Positions 1 through 12,955 of a DNA stretch of 64,000 nucleotides are shown in pieces. The position numbers were made by a program, and so were the translations under genes. Source of the DNA: Paraspadella gotoi. Lineage: Eukaryota; Animalia; Chaetognatha. The notes under the pieces are model-generated. The model had not been told where the DNA came from. It worked only from the letters and a program-made list of their open reading frames with translations, and ran no database searches. How positions within the stretch are numbered: the first letter of the stretch is position 1; each line of letters begins with the position of its first letter. The stretch is from NCBI GenBank assembly GCA_051294375.1, contig CM119270.1:11910416-11974415 (forward strand), read 5' to 3'.

Positions 1-167
1 AGAAAATATTGAAGCGAAGCTTGGATAATACAAAAACAGAAGTCTTAATTGACAAATGACATTGTCAAAAACTTCAGTTCGGAAATAAATATATGTAAAA
101 AAAAAAGATCGTCCAAAAAATTTCAAAAACGAAAGAAACATAATGAGAAAATCGCCGAAAGAACAAC

Positions 168-3100
168 TCACCCCTCAAGAAAAATAACCGGAAGTAAACA
201 GGGTAGTATGATTTTAGGAAATAAGACATTACCTCCTCCCTCCCTCGAAGCGGCGAGGTGAGGATAGAGGGCGGACTCACCGTCCAAGGGCGTCTTGCCG
301 TCCACGCTGTCTCCCTCGCCGTCTCGGTCCTTCATCGCTTCGTCCTTCTCGTCGCAGAACTGATCCCACAGTTTTTCTATGAGCGTCTCGACGACGAGGC
401 CTCCCACGTTCATCTCGATCATCTGTTCGGGGTTGGGGGGGGGGTTGGAGAAGGGGGAAAGTGAGAAATTTTGCAAGTGAGAAGCGAGGAAACGGGCGCT
501 ACTGATGTTGAACAGCTCGCGGCGTCGTTTTCCACTGGGGCCATTTTGTTAGAATTAAAACGCGTTGTAAACGCGCAATCTCTTTTATAGCCTGGTGTGG
601 TGGTATATTCACACCGCCTCACGTCCGTCATCCTCCAGCCAAATCCATTGGCTCAGAGGGGGAACACACCATCCCAAGCGTAGTGTTCCATCCACAGTCC
701 TCACGACTTCCCTCTGTGTTGGCAAAGCGAGACCTCCTAGGGTAACCGCGCCAGTGACTGGAGGCGTCACTGAGGGTCGGAAGCCCCCAAAGCCAACAGT
801 GAGATGCCCCATTCCAATGGGCATCACAGGCAACCCGGCTGTTGCCATAAGTGGTGAGCCCTACTATCGAACACGCAGCCTTCTCAGGGTACGCTACGAC
901 AAACGCCTATGCCCTGCCGACTTTGGGTACGCTACGACAAACGCCTATGCCCCTGGGTACGCTACGACAAACGCCTATGCCCCCACAACTCGCGCTCTCT
1001 CTCTCTCTCCCACTATGGTAACAGTCTTGTCAGACACCTCTCAGGCTTGAGGAACCTGAGTGATGTCTTGGCCCGGGGATCCTGTGGTGGTATATTCACA
1101 CCGCCTCACGTCCGTCATCCTCCAGCCAAATCCATTGGCTCAGAGGGGGAACACACCATCCCAAGCGTAGTGTTCCATCCACAGTCCTCACGACTTCCCT
1201 CTGTGTTGGCAAAGCGAGACCGTCCTAGGGTAACCGCGCCAGTGACTGGAGGCGTCACTGAGGGTCGGAAGCCCCCAAAGCCAACAGTGAGATGCCCATC
1301 CCAATGGGCATCACAGGCAACCCGGCTGTTGCCATACTGGTCTGAAATGTGCACTTTTTCACCCAAACTCTATCCCCCCTGTCATTCGTGTTTCTTTTTG
1401 TTTTCATGAAAGGTTTCAATCTAACATTTAACTCCCCCTTCCATTCAACTCGCCGTTTTCTGTTTCAAATTAACTCCATCACTGATACTAACCTGAAGAA
1501 CGAAAATGCCGTCTCTTCTAAGGTACTCTTCCGTGAACATATTGACGTCGTTCATGTCTGGATCGTCTGTTTCAATGAAAATAAAATGGGGAAAAGGGTT
1601 CGTGAAAAGATTATTAAAATCTTCAGGATTAGTCCCCACTATACATAAAGTCTGGAGTAACACGGAAATATTAATCGTGAACAGAAAAAGCTGGTGAAAG
1701 TTAAAAACTTCCGAATACATGCATTCAATGAACTGGGCCATAAGACAACCTTTAATTGCTCAAAAAATACATAAATTTACTAGAAGGATGTGAATGGAGA
1801 GAAAAGTACGACCGTAACAAATAACAACTTTAGTCTAAGTGTAGTGCGAGTTGTCCTTGAAAGAGATGCTACAAATGTTTGGTTAATCCAAGTTAAAACT
1901 CATGCGTTAAAAAAATCTAAAACTGCTCTCTAAGTACAAGTTTTCTTACCGAGATGGTAACAATTCAAAGGAAGCAAAAATTTTTATGAATAAAAAAAAA
2001 TTGATTAGAACGAAAACTGTGTGATTAATAAAGCTTATTTAAATGCTAAAACAATACAAGCTAAAGATAATTTATTACATACTTATATTTTCAAATCTAA
2101 ACCAAAAATTACCTGCTCTTTTCAAGTCCAACGGTTTCACCAAGTAACGGTTGACAAACTGTTTTCTTCCATGGGCGGAGTTAACCTGAACAGTCAAACA
2201 AATCATGATAGTTTTAACCATACCCTACGATAATTAGAGAATAAAGTACATCACAAGATAACAGATACTAGAAAAAAATCTTACCCAGATCCAACTGAGC
2301 ATGGAGATGAATGAAACGACCAACAGGATGGGGTACAAAATGGTGAAGATGGCGAAAAATTTGTCGTTATACAAATTGAGGGGAAGAACGCATTGTAGTG
2401 TGTAGGGAAGAGGGTTTCCTTGTTGCTCAGCCTGAAATGAAAAGTGTCCTGATTTTTAAACCTACCAATATGCTTTCAAAATATATATTTGAACAATTTA
2501 ATTAAATGAAATAAGCATTTTATAAAGTTTAAAAATTACAATAGAAATATGCAAAGATGTTTATAAATCTCAATACGAACTCACCGAGAAAGTGCAAACG
2601 GTCTTGATGGGGAAAATGGGGGATTGCGGCCAGACGTGATTGTTGAAGATGTTCTCCAGCACCCAGAGTCCGTGTCTGAAGACGGAGAAGCGGGGATCTC
2701 CTCCGAAGAAGGCTTGGAGCAGTAGCAGGTTGATGATGATGAAGAGGACGTACAAAACTGGAAGGTTGTAAGGGGGAAAGAGAAAGAAATTTTAGTTTTG
2801 AATTAAAACGAGTTTCTTTATGAGACAGAATAAATTCTATGACAAGAGAAGTTTTATAGAAAAAAAATTAATTAACCAAAGATGAAAAATTGTACATACA
2901 AGTATGAAAATTACACTTACCTTTAATAAAAATGTATACGGAAAACAAGTAATTGCCGAAGGATCGACCAATTCTCAACGCCTTCTTGACGACGGCGGGA
3001 CAAGTTCCGGTCGTGTCCATGTGTGTCTTCTCTATGTAACTCCGATACCTGAATTCATTAAAACAAATTAGAGATTGACAAAGTTTTTGTTTGCAACGAA

Positions 3101-5581
3101 TTTTATTTATTTAAAAACAGACATGTTTCGACTTGTTTTTTCAAGTCTTCCTCAGGGTTTTGACAGTTTATGAAAACAAAGTTGAAGTTTGTGCATCGGA
3201 AGGGTGAGAGGGTGAGAGAGAGAGGGTAAAAGTTTTCCAACAAAGTGGTGAGACAGAATAGTGGTCAGAGGTGAGGACAGACTGAGTAAGTTGTAAAAAG
3301 AAGTGAAACTTATTAGAGAGAGAGAGAGAGAGAGAGAGAGAAAACAGGATTGGGATTAGAACAATGCTTTTTAATAAATAAACAAACTTTTTTGTTTTCG
3401 TTATTAAATATTTTTTATCTTAATTTGGGAAACGTTCACTTTTACGTTTTGTAAAATTTAACAAAATTCTGCAAATCGCCACACCCTCTCTTCTACTTCC
3501 ACGCGTAACAGTATCACTTTCTAACTTTCTAACATGTCCAATATCCAATGTCCATTATCCATTGTGCAATAAGTTAATCCCAATCTAACAACTACCTCAA
3601 CCCTTCCTCTCTCTTCCTATTTCAACCGTTTCCCTTGGCTTAAATTCTCGATCCATCAGCCAGCGCCATCTCCCCATTCCCATTCCATCGCAAACCTTTC
3701 CACAAGTTCCAGCCATGTCTTTTCTTCCCACCCCACATTACACTATTACCTAACACTGCCTCACCTGAACAGGATATCTTGAACGTATCCATCCCTAGTG
3801 CCTCCGTCCTTCTGCACTTTGGAGACTTCCCTCGCCGCCGACAACATCGACTCCAGCGGCATCCCCGAGGAGACGGCCATGATGTGCCAGATGATGTAGG
3901 GCAGGTGGAAGAGGAAGGCGGCGATGGCGAGAATGAGAGGTGTCCATTGGTAGTAGGACACGCCCACCTTAGGGAAAGGAGAAGATTTAAAATTTTGTGT
4001 CGGTCGATAGAGGAGACAGAAAAGGATAGACAGAGACAGAAAAGTAGAAGGGTGTGACAAAGAATGAAAATGGAAAGAGAAAAAGAAGAGGGAAGAGTGG
4101 GGAGTGAGAAAAAGGTAGTGAGAATAGGAAAGGGGAGAGAGATAAACAGAGGAAGGAAGGAAATAAGGGGCAAGACAGGGGGGGAAGAAATAAAAAATGA
4201 GGGAAGAGGAAAATGAGCGACGGAAAAAAAGGGGAATAGGAAAAGGAGAAGGGAAGATAAATGAGAGGAGCAAAAGAGACGAGAAAGGGAGGGAGAAAAG
4301 AGAAAGGGAAAAGAAAAAATAAAAGGAAGAGGAAAGGACGGAGAGAGGCAGACGGACAGTAAAATGGATCCAAAACTGTTACGCACTCGCTGTCCTTGAT
4401 GGTAAGGGCCGACGTAACCGGTCACGTGAAATCCGCCATTTTGGTCGCGACCGCTTATCGGAACGTTGAGGAATCCTTCGGAGGCTACGTCTTCATCACC
4501 TTTGGGGGAGGGCTCCTGGGGAAGAGGGTGGGCAAAGAAAAGATTAGGCGATTATTTTTACTAGTCAATTGAAAGGTCACAGAGCTGTCATATTTCATTA
4601 AGCCTTTTAAGGATAATTCAATAAACGTAATCGCTGTTGAAAGTCACCAATGCTTCGTGTGAGAGAAAAAAAAAATGTTCAAAACTGTTTAGCGAGAAAA
4701 TAATGACAACTGCGTGATTGTTTTAATGATACTAAATAGCCGGCATTCGGAGGGAAAACTATTACATTTTATCATTTACATAATTCGCAGACACATTTCA
4801 ATCGCATAGGGCGCATCGTACCTTTTTCTTTCATTTAGTCATCGCATTTTATTTGTTTCTCAAATCGAAAGATCTTTTTTTCTCTTTTCAGACAAGACGG
4901 GGCGTCCTCACGGTTTGTTTGCCGTCTGCATTCTTTTTCTTAATTCTTTATCTTATCGAAGCATTAAAATTTAAATGCTATCCTTTTCTTTTTCTTTGTC
5001 ACAGGAATTAGAAATGATGATGGAAACATTTATCAATCAAATTGGAGATAAACTCTTATCGCTGAAATCAAAAGTAACATTAAATTAGGTAATTTTAGTA
5101 CTTTGGTACTAATTTTCGTCACTTAATAAATTTATCAGATCCCAGAAAAGTCGACCGACGTAATAAAGCTAATTATAACGCAGTTACTGTCAATAAACAT
5201 TGAACAAGGTATTAGCGTCTTCTCCCCTTGAGACAATACACTAGTAAGAGTTTACTCACGTCGATAATGTAGTTGGTTCCCAGCGTCCAGCATGTACTAT
5301 GTGAATATTCTACTTGCGCTCCCGTGAAATACACGGGCGTGAAGCATTGAATCTGATCTCCTCTTATGAACTGTCCCGTCATGACAACCACCATGAGGAT
5401 AATGATCATCGTCACCATGTACTTGCGATTGACCCTGTCGGTTAAATACAATTATTAACATTAACTCAAATTAACTTTTTATATCCATTATCGTTTTTAA
5501 ATTTTGAAATCACCTATCGCTTCCATCGTCAATCCAGACGTTGTTTCCCAACCACTCCTTGAATCCGAGAACAAAAGACAT
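168..5581 (-). CDS. inx: Innexin (gap-junction/pannexin family) paralogue A, multi-exon
   Basis: Hand-spliced GT-AG exons: 5581-5514, 5434-5260, 4515-4387, 3967-3765, 3048-2921, 2757-2585, 2431-2285, 2185-2113, 1566-1493, 422-281. The last exon either splices at G|GTGAGT (281) or reads on to a stop at 168. Intron phases are consistent throughout. Protein: MSFVLGFKEWLGNNVWIDDGSDRVNRKY...GDQIQCFTP...TCWT...VSYYQWTP...FPIKTVCTF...QCVLPLNLYNDKFF...YLRRDGIFVL...EKLW. It carries the innexin signatures DDxxDRxN, YYQW, two Cys in each extracellular loop, and LRxDGxFxL. Confidence 0.93.
596..1336 (+). mobile_element. Non-autonomous miniature LTR retrotransposon (TRIM) in an intron of innexin A
   Basis: Two near-identical 254-bp direct repeats (596-849, 1083-1336) with TGTGG...CCATA ends. 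A 4-bp TSD CTGG flanks the element (592-595, 1337-1340). A PBS-like TGGTGAGCCC starts at 852. The ~233-bp interior is non-coding. Confidence 0.85.
887..982 (+). repeat. 3 x 28-bp tandem unit GGGTACGCTACGACAAACGCCTATGCCC inside the TRIM
   Basis: Identical units start at 887, 925 and 955, separated by 10 and 2 bp. Confidence 0.9.
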
Positions 5582-8500
5582 CTTGGGCGAACGTTACCTG
5601 AGAAAAATAAAAATGAATATAAAATGTCAATCAATGGGCGAGGAGAAATATTAACATGCAATTAATTTAAATGTCAACAAAGGTGTAAAAATCAATTTGT
5701 TTCATTTAACGTTTTCCTAGAGATCGAATGTCTGAAACAGTTTAATTCAAATTTAAACGTTTTAGTTATGTTTTTCTGTGTCACCAACATTATTCTATAC
5801 CATCTACAAATACATCGATATGGAAATACAAAGAATTATTTTATTTTAAATTTGACGACGTCGAAATAAGATTAATCGAAAGAATATGCCATTTTAAGTT
5901 CTGCTGAGCTTAGCGTATTTTGAATATTTAATTTTTCTTTGACGAAATTTTATCCAAATAATGTTTTCCCAACATTTTTTGTTTCGAACTTTTTTTTCGA
6001 CATTAAATAAAAGTTTGGAGTCGATTTTTCGGTTAATTTCGCACTGACTTGCGATAATTGAACTTAAAAGCAAAAAAAGGGGAAAAAAACGATTAAACTG
6101 ACAGGGCGGCAGCAGAATTCAGCTTCATTAAACCTTTGGCCCGTTATATCGATCTTTCAACCGCTAATAAAAAATAAAAAGAAAAGAAAAAACTGGTTAT
6201 AAAACATACAAACTCAAGATTTTAGATAACGGTATTTTTTTTTAAATGAAAATTGTCACTCGAGCCTTTTCTTATCAACAATCGAACGGCCAAAGCGATT
6301 TCTTTAAATGGATCGTTTGAAAAACTTGAAAGGAGTGCGCGACATGGTGAAAATATAATTTTTCAAAGATATAGGGTTACGAGCACTAAACGAAAGTAAA
6401 ATTGAACATTAATTGTGAGCTACTGTTATACCCAATTCACGTCCCAAACGCTGCGACAAAACGGCAGCGTTGAAATGTTTTTGTCACGACGCAAACATTA
6501 ACGAGTAAAGTCGTTCTCGCTCGAAAATCACCGAAAATCGATCACAGAAAAAAAATACCTCGTGAGTTTAGAATCGGCCAGACATTTGGAAGGTGGAATT
6601 TGCGGAGGATTTTGACAGAGCCAGACGAGAAAGGTAGATAAAGAGGCAGAGTTCGACTATGACGGAACAGTCGATAAGCCGAGTAAGCTCATCTTAAATA
6701 GAACTTTATATATTTACAAACGAACAGGAGCTTTTCTTTGTTGTTAGACGAACTTAGAAAAGAGAAGACGCAACAGCTGTTTGAACTGAATAATTGATTT
6801 AAAGACAGCTAAGAAGAAAAAAAAAAACACTTGGCAAATTAATTTAAAAAGAGTTCAGGGTCGAAGGAAAGCTCCCTCGTCTAGGAACGCGCGAAGTTTC
6901 CGCTCCCTGACTTGTAAAATTATAAATCAATTAGATATCAAATATCGGTCGAGGTTCCCAAGTAGAAGAATGTATGTATATAAAGGGAGAAAAATAAATT
7001 CAAATGTAAAGAAATTATTTTATTGAGATTTGCATTTAAATTTTAGTTTAAACATGCAAAAGATGGACAGCAGTTGCAAAATGGTTAATATGTTCGCATA
7101 ATTCCCAATTCAAAATTCTTATAATCAATTTTATTTAATTTCCTTCGTGCTTTCTAGACACAAAGCATTGTAAAGAAACGAATCACACACCGTTAACCGG
7201 ACGGCAACTCTTCATTTTATTACTTCTAATTAATTCTTTATTACGTTTATTTCGAAGAAGATATTTGAGAGCGTCTAAGAGGCTTCAGTAGACAAGCAGG
7301 TCATAACAACAATTTCAGCTTTTTCAGGTGCCCTTTCGATTAAAATAATTATGTCCAAACTGATATATTTCTGACAACTGGAACAACAACAACTTTTTAG
7401 GGGTAACAATGAAAATGGCGATTTTTTTAGTACAGCGATTTATCAGCAAGGAAAAAGATAAATAATGAAACAAATATGAGAAATCCATAACTTTTGAGCC
7501 CGTCAGAGTCCTGTCAGTCGAAATGTTCTTACAATTGAAGGACAGCGAAAATGAAAATGACTATTTATTAAAGAAAAATACAACGTAACTTAAGACGTAG
7601 ATTTACTAAAAGATGGGAGTGGCGGTCCCGGAACTTATGATAGAAAACTAAAGAATCGACTGATTAACCGTGACTCATTTTGGCATTACGACTTCAAACT
7701 GACAATTAAACCCTTCAAAACAGCGATCATCTCTCAAGTAAAAGGAACAGCTGTTAAGAGATGGAAGATCTAGAAAACAACAACAACAACCACAATGAAC
7801 AGAAGGTGCAGCGGGGAACAAAGATTCTCACTCTCTCGACCTGAATTTTAAAGAGGGGTTAAGCGAATCTGCAGCCGAGAGAGAAAAGGCGATCAACAAC
7901 AGTGGAAGATCTGCGGAAAACTTGAGGCGGAAGCGAAGGGAAACTTTGAAGGTGAAGGAAAATGTATCGCGAGTTGATTAGTATTGGCAAAGTTGCTTAT
8001 ATTATTTACCAACAAAAGGAAAACGTTATTTAAAAATGTCGTGAGAATCTAGGAAATCTAGAGTGCACAGTAGAAATATTGGCAAAACATTTAATACAGC
8101 TTCAAGATGAAAAACTTGTTCACGAAAGATGCCAAACATTCACCAGTATGTTATGTCAAGAAATATCACGAATAAAAACTCTGGGAGATCAAGGCTGAAA
8201 ACAAACAATGAGAGAGTTTATAAAAACAACCCCCTAGGGGCTTTCGGGCCTTGAAGCGATCCGCCGGTACTGCAGCAGCTACAGTGACTCCAGCACTACT
8301 CCAGCACTACCGTCCACGAGAGAAAACGACGGAAAATGTTTATATTTCCGAGCTTTTCAATTCCGAAAACTCATTTGTCAAATGGGACGACGGGTTTAGG
8401 ATTGGGGGTAAATTCAACTGGGTCTGGTTCTAAAGGAGCGACCATATGTCGATTATGCTTTTTACAGTTGCGATTTTATTCCAGAGCCGTTAGAGTTTGA

Positions 8501-9606
8501 TTAGTTTCGATATGTTTTATGACGCTTTTATCTCCGGTTAAGGTGAGCCGAAACACTTTCATGATAAAAATCTAAACGAGTCGCACTCCGGTTATGGCTA
8601 GATCTTTATCCTTTCACGAAAAAAGTCAGACACTCCTGAAAAACTGTCTGTACTTGAGAGAGAAATAATAAGGGGGTTGAAGTGAGGGTTTTAAAATGAG
8701 AAGAGCAGGCGAATGTGATTTCGTTCCATAAGGGGGGCACTGGTGAAAAGTGTGTTTGTTTCAAAAAAAGGGCTTTCATCGTCGTTTCTATCAAAACATC
8801 GAATAAGCCGGGGGGGGGGAGTGTTTAACCAAAACAGGTCCTCGAAAGGAAATATATAAAGGATCAAAACCAGACTCGAAAGCGAAAGTGTACCCCCTCT
8901 TTTGATTTTCTAGATCGAAATTGGAAGAGAGAGAGAGAGAGAGAGAGAGAAGAAAAAAAAAGTAAATATTGGTTTCACAACGATCCTTTCGCCGAGTGAG
9001 GCTGTGAATCCTGTGAAGGCAGCCTGCCCCCAAAAAACGATCACTCTCGATTCTCGAATTGAAGGCCTTTTCTCTTCTCCCTTCCCCCAAGACAGAGGAG
9101 CCCTCAATCTTTATCTCGAAAAAGAAGGAAGAGACACGAATCACCGACAATTTGAAGCAATAAAACGAAATTTAGAGCGATGCTAGTTATATATGCATGC
9201 TATCTTTTTGAAAAAAAAGAAAAATTCAGTTTAATTCAAAATCTGGAATATTGATTAAAGAGAGTTTAAAAATCAAAAAAACTAAAAAACTCAATAAAAA
9301 TAAATCAGTGTATGAATTTCATCAATTATAATTCTTCGTTTTGTTGAGTTTTCCCCACCGAGCAAAGATGCAAGTTTATATTAAAATTTATTCATTTTTG
9401 CTTTGACAAACTCTGCTCATACATTTAACATTTTTTATTGACGATAAGGTCGAAAGGACTGCCCGCCAAAATCGATACACGTCCGCCAAAATCGGTCGCA
9501 TTTAGAAGTTCGACGTCGTCATGATTATCGTCGTCGTAGTCCGCGTCGTCGCTCTCATAGCCTTCGCAAAAAAATTGTACCCGACCTCAATAAAATCGGC
9601 TTTGTG

Positions 9607-9636
<30 letters not shown>
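9607..9636. repeat. (TCG)n microsatellite
   Basis: Direct reading. Confidence 0.85.
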
Positions 9637-9637
<1 letters not shown>

Positions 9638-12275
9638 TCTCTACCTCAGAGAACGATGCATTCAATTGTTCTCCTTCGCATTCATTCCATGAATGAGAAA
9701 TGGCCAAACAAGGAAAAATGTCCCGGGGTCAGATCGTTGACTGAGGTTCCATCGAGAATGCGGTGGTAAAAAAAAAAAGACACCGAGACGGGGACAGCAA
9801 ATACAAAGCCAGTTTTACAGCAGGGTTCTTTTACGACGTGAAATTTCTATGATTTGGCCAAAATTGGCCAGGTACAATGAAACTGGCAATGAAGGGACAC
9901 GGAGGAGATATAAAAGAGATATATTGATATGAAATTAAATCTTTCCATATCCTTTTTCCTAAGATACTAAAAAAAAAAAGAAATATCAAAAATTTTGAAT
10001 TGAAAATGAGTACAAAAGTTTGACATACGCGATTCACATTTACGCAGTTGAACCCAGAGTGAGGCTCTCATTTAAAAAAGAGCTCAACTGAAAACGAAGC
10101 AAATAAATCAAACAATATTTTTCAACTCGTCGATAAGGAAAAATAAACGTCGGACAAAAATCTTTACTTTCCACTAATGCTGCGTAAATCAATTAACATC
10201 GCCCCCCCTCCTCAAAATTTTAAAATAAATAGAAAATTCAAATGACTATAAGGCCGAGAAAAAAAAACTTCTTAACATTCTGCCCCCCCCCCACTCTCTT
10301 TCTCGAAAATAAACTTGACCGAGACGAACGCACTAGCCGGGACGGAAGCGAGAGCCAAGGGCCGACTCAAGAATTAGACTCTTGAATTACTATCAATTAT
10401 GCATTGGAAGCCCAATGAACTTTTCGCCTTTTTTCCTCTTTTAAATGTTTTCTCGTTTCCGATCGACGGGACGAAGGCGACAAAGTCGAACCCTCTCACC
10501 GTTTTTGAGGCTCAAAAAATTCGAAATATTTTTTTTTACTTTTTGACGAGATTAAAGAAAGAGACGTTGGATCTTTTTTTTTTTCAGAGGGGATTGATCT
10601 AGTTTTTGGGACACGTTTGACGGAAAACGTCTATCTTAGCATCCTCTGCTAATGGATTTAAACGGCGCCGCAGTTTTTAGGGGCCGAACACTCAAATCTG
10701 GGACGTGGCCGACGAGGAAAATCAATGACGAGCTTGTGTATTCGGCATTTATGTATTTATACCCCGGGGAAGAGAATAAAAAAAAAACTAAATAGAGGAT
10801 AATGAAGGAAGGAGAAATGAAAGGCTTGCTGTAGCTCCGCGTTTTTAGCATCAACAAAAATAAACATTATTTGATATGCTAATAACCTAATTTGCATGTT
10901 GCAATGTTAGGTATTTTGTGGCGAAATCTTGAGTAGATACATTTTTTAAACTTTTTTTATAAGTCGAACTAACACTAAAACAATGCAAAACTATTTATTT
11001 ATTTTACACATACGCATTCTTAACTTTAATTTAGAAAATTGATGCCCTTTCCGATTTGGCAGCCAAAAACTTACTTTTTCTCCCAAAGTTTTTTCCCCTC
11101 GAAACTCACCTCCGGAAGATGACGCAACACCCAAACTTCTCCCGCCGTCAGCGCACCGAAGAATTTTCAACCAAATAACAGTTTGACAAGGACGATTTTA
11201 AATGAACATTTATTTAAGTTCATTAATATTTTTTTTGCACTTATTTTTTTTTACGAGCTTGACGGTTTTAATCCAAAACAATGCGACGAAGATATCAAAT
11301 TATCGTGTGAATAATTGTTTTGGGATCATTCGTCTTTATTGTCACTTTGAAAGATCGTCGTTTTTTTTCCTGGCCGTTGTTTTGTTTCAACGAATTGAAT
11401 AATCCAAGAATTCTGTAAATATAAAATAAAACAATATTTGTAAGAAAGAAAGAGCTTTGTTCAACGAAACGAAAGGCGTGAACCGATCAAATGTGAAAGA
11501 GTGATGTCCGAGTGACTGTCGTCCCCATCGAGCACTATTTTTTATCGATCTGTTTCTTTTCGAAAAATATATTTTTTTTTCTCGTTGGACGAAACCTTTT
11601 TCGACTCTTACCGTTCCTCTTTTTTCTTTTTCTTTCTTTCTTTTTTGACAAGATCGAGATCGCGTCTTTTTTTTTTCTTCTTCCTTTTTTTTTTTCGTTC
11701 CTCTCTTCTCATTCGTCGGCGGCCGTCTCGGAATTCGACCCCTTTCCCTTCCTCTTCCTTCTCTCTCTCTTTTCTCCTCCTCCTCTTCCTCTTCCTCCTC
11801 GATCCTTAAGCGGCCTTCGGAAACCCTCGTGGAAGCTTTTCGACTAGATTCCCCCCGCGGCAGCGGGGAAGGCAGTCTCGTTGGCAACCGTGGCAGCCGC
11901 TGCGGAGCCGGCCTGCAGCAATAGGCGCAGCTTGCTGCAGCAACGACGCCTGCCGGCTCAAGTGACGAAGAAAACTGAACCGAAACTCATCGCTTCGTGT
12001 TTGGGGAATGGGGGGAGGGTAGGTTTAACGAAGAATGTATAGAGGGACTGTCTGGCTTTTTATTGGGCAGTGAAACCCTACCCAGCTGATTCACTTCAGT
12101 GCTGTACGCCAAATATCGATGGTAGTAGGATTAATTTTTTTTTAAATAGTAAACACGGAATTTTTTTTAAAATATGGAACCAACATGAACCAAACATTTT
12201 TATTTTAAATTTATTATAAATGACTACGCGTATTATTACACGAGATAAAAGATTTTTATCTTTCCCACTCGCTTT

Positions 12276-12309
<34 letters not shown>

Positions 12310-12910
12310 AGGTCACCGAAATTCCGAACCGACCCGATCTCTCTTCTCACAACGAAAATCTCACGGAGCGAAGCTCAGCAGAGTGCATGTGATTCGCTAT
12401 CAGCGATTTGTTTTAAGAGGCGAATCCTTTTTACTGCTTTGGTTCACTCCCTCGATCTCTCTGTAAACGGATTCTACTGTAAAAATAGGAAAAGGTAGAA
12501 CCTTTAGCGGTTATCAGTGAATGCTGTTCACAGCCAATCACGAGTCTGTTATGCCTCTTTTCAAACTCTTTTTCTTTCTCTCTCTCTCGGACGTTTTTCT
12601 TCTTAGCTGTAGTTCGAACAAAAATTGACGAGATCCCCCCCCAACTACTCAACTTTCCCTCTCGTCCAGCCTCCCCACATTTAACAAGCCCGGAGGACAA
12701 ACTGTCACATAAACTTCTCATGTTTCAGACAGCGCGAAATATTACAAATCAGCAGTTGAAATTCTCCTAGAATAGAACATTGTACATAATAATTCACTAA
12801 TAATAAATCCCTAAATAATGACCAAATACTTAGGTTCTCTTGACAACTAAAAAAATAAAACTTTAAGAAGAGTTTGTTACTCTATATTTTATATTTACAA
12901 TGAATTTTGC

Positions 12911-12955
<45 letters not shown>

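Noticed and set aside
887-982. CRISPR-like 28-bp direct repeats
   Set aside because: Spacers are only 10 and 2 bp, there are no cas genes, the context is eukaryotic, and the repeats lie inside an LTR element.
3640-4425. 261-aa ORF and overlapping Phe/Ser/Leu-rich ORFs
   Set aside because: These arise from a purine/pyrimidine-skewed intron. Only the innexin exon portions are coding.
11387-12000. Long charged ORFs and a GC-rich patch
   Set aside because: Low-complexity translation with no recognisable domain. It could be a promoter or 5' UTR of innexin A, but nothing in the sequence supports that.
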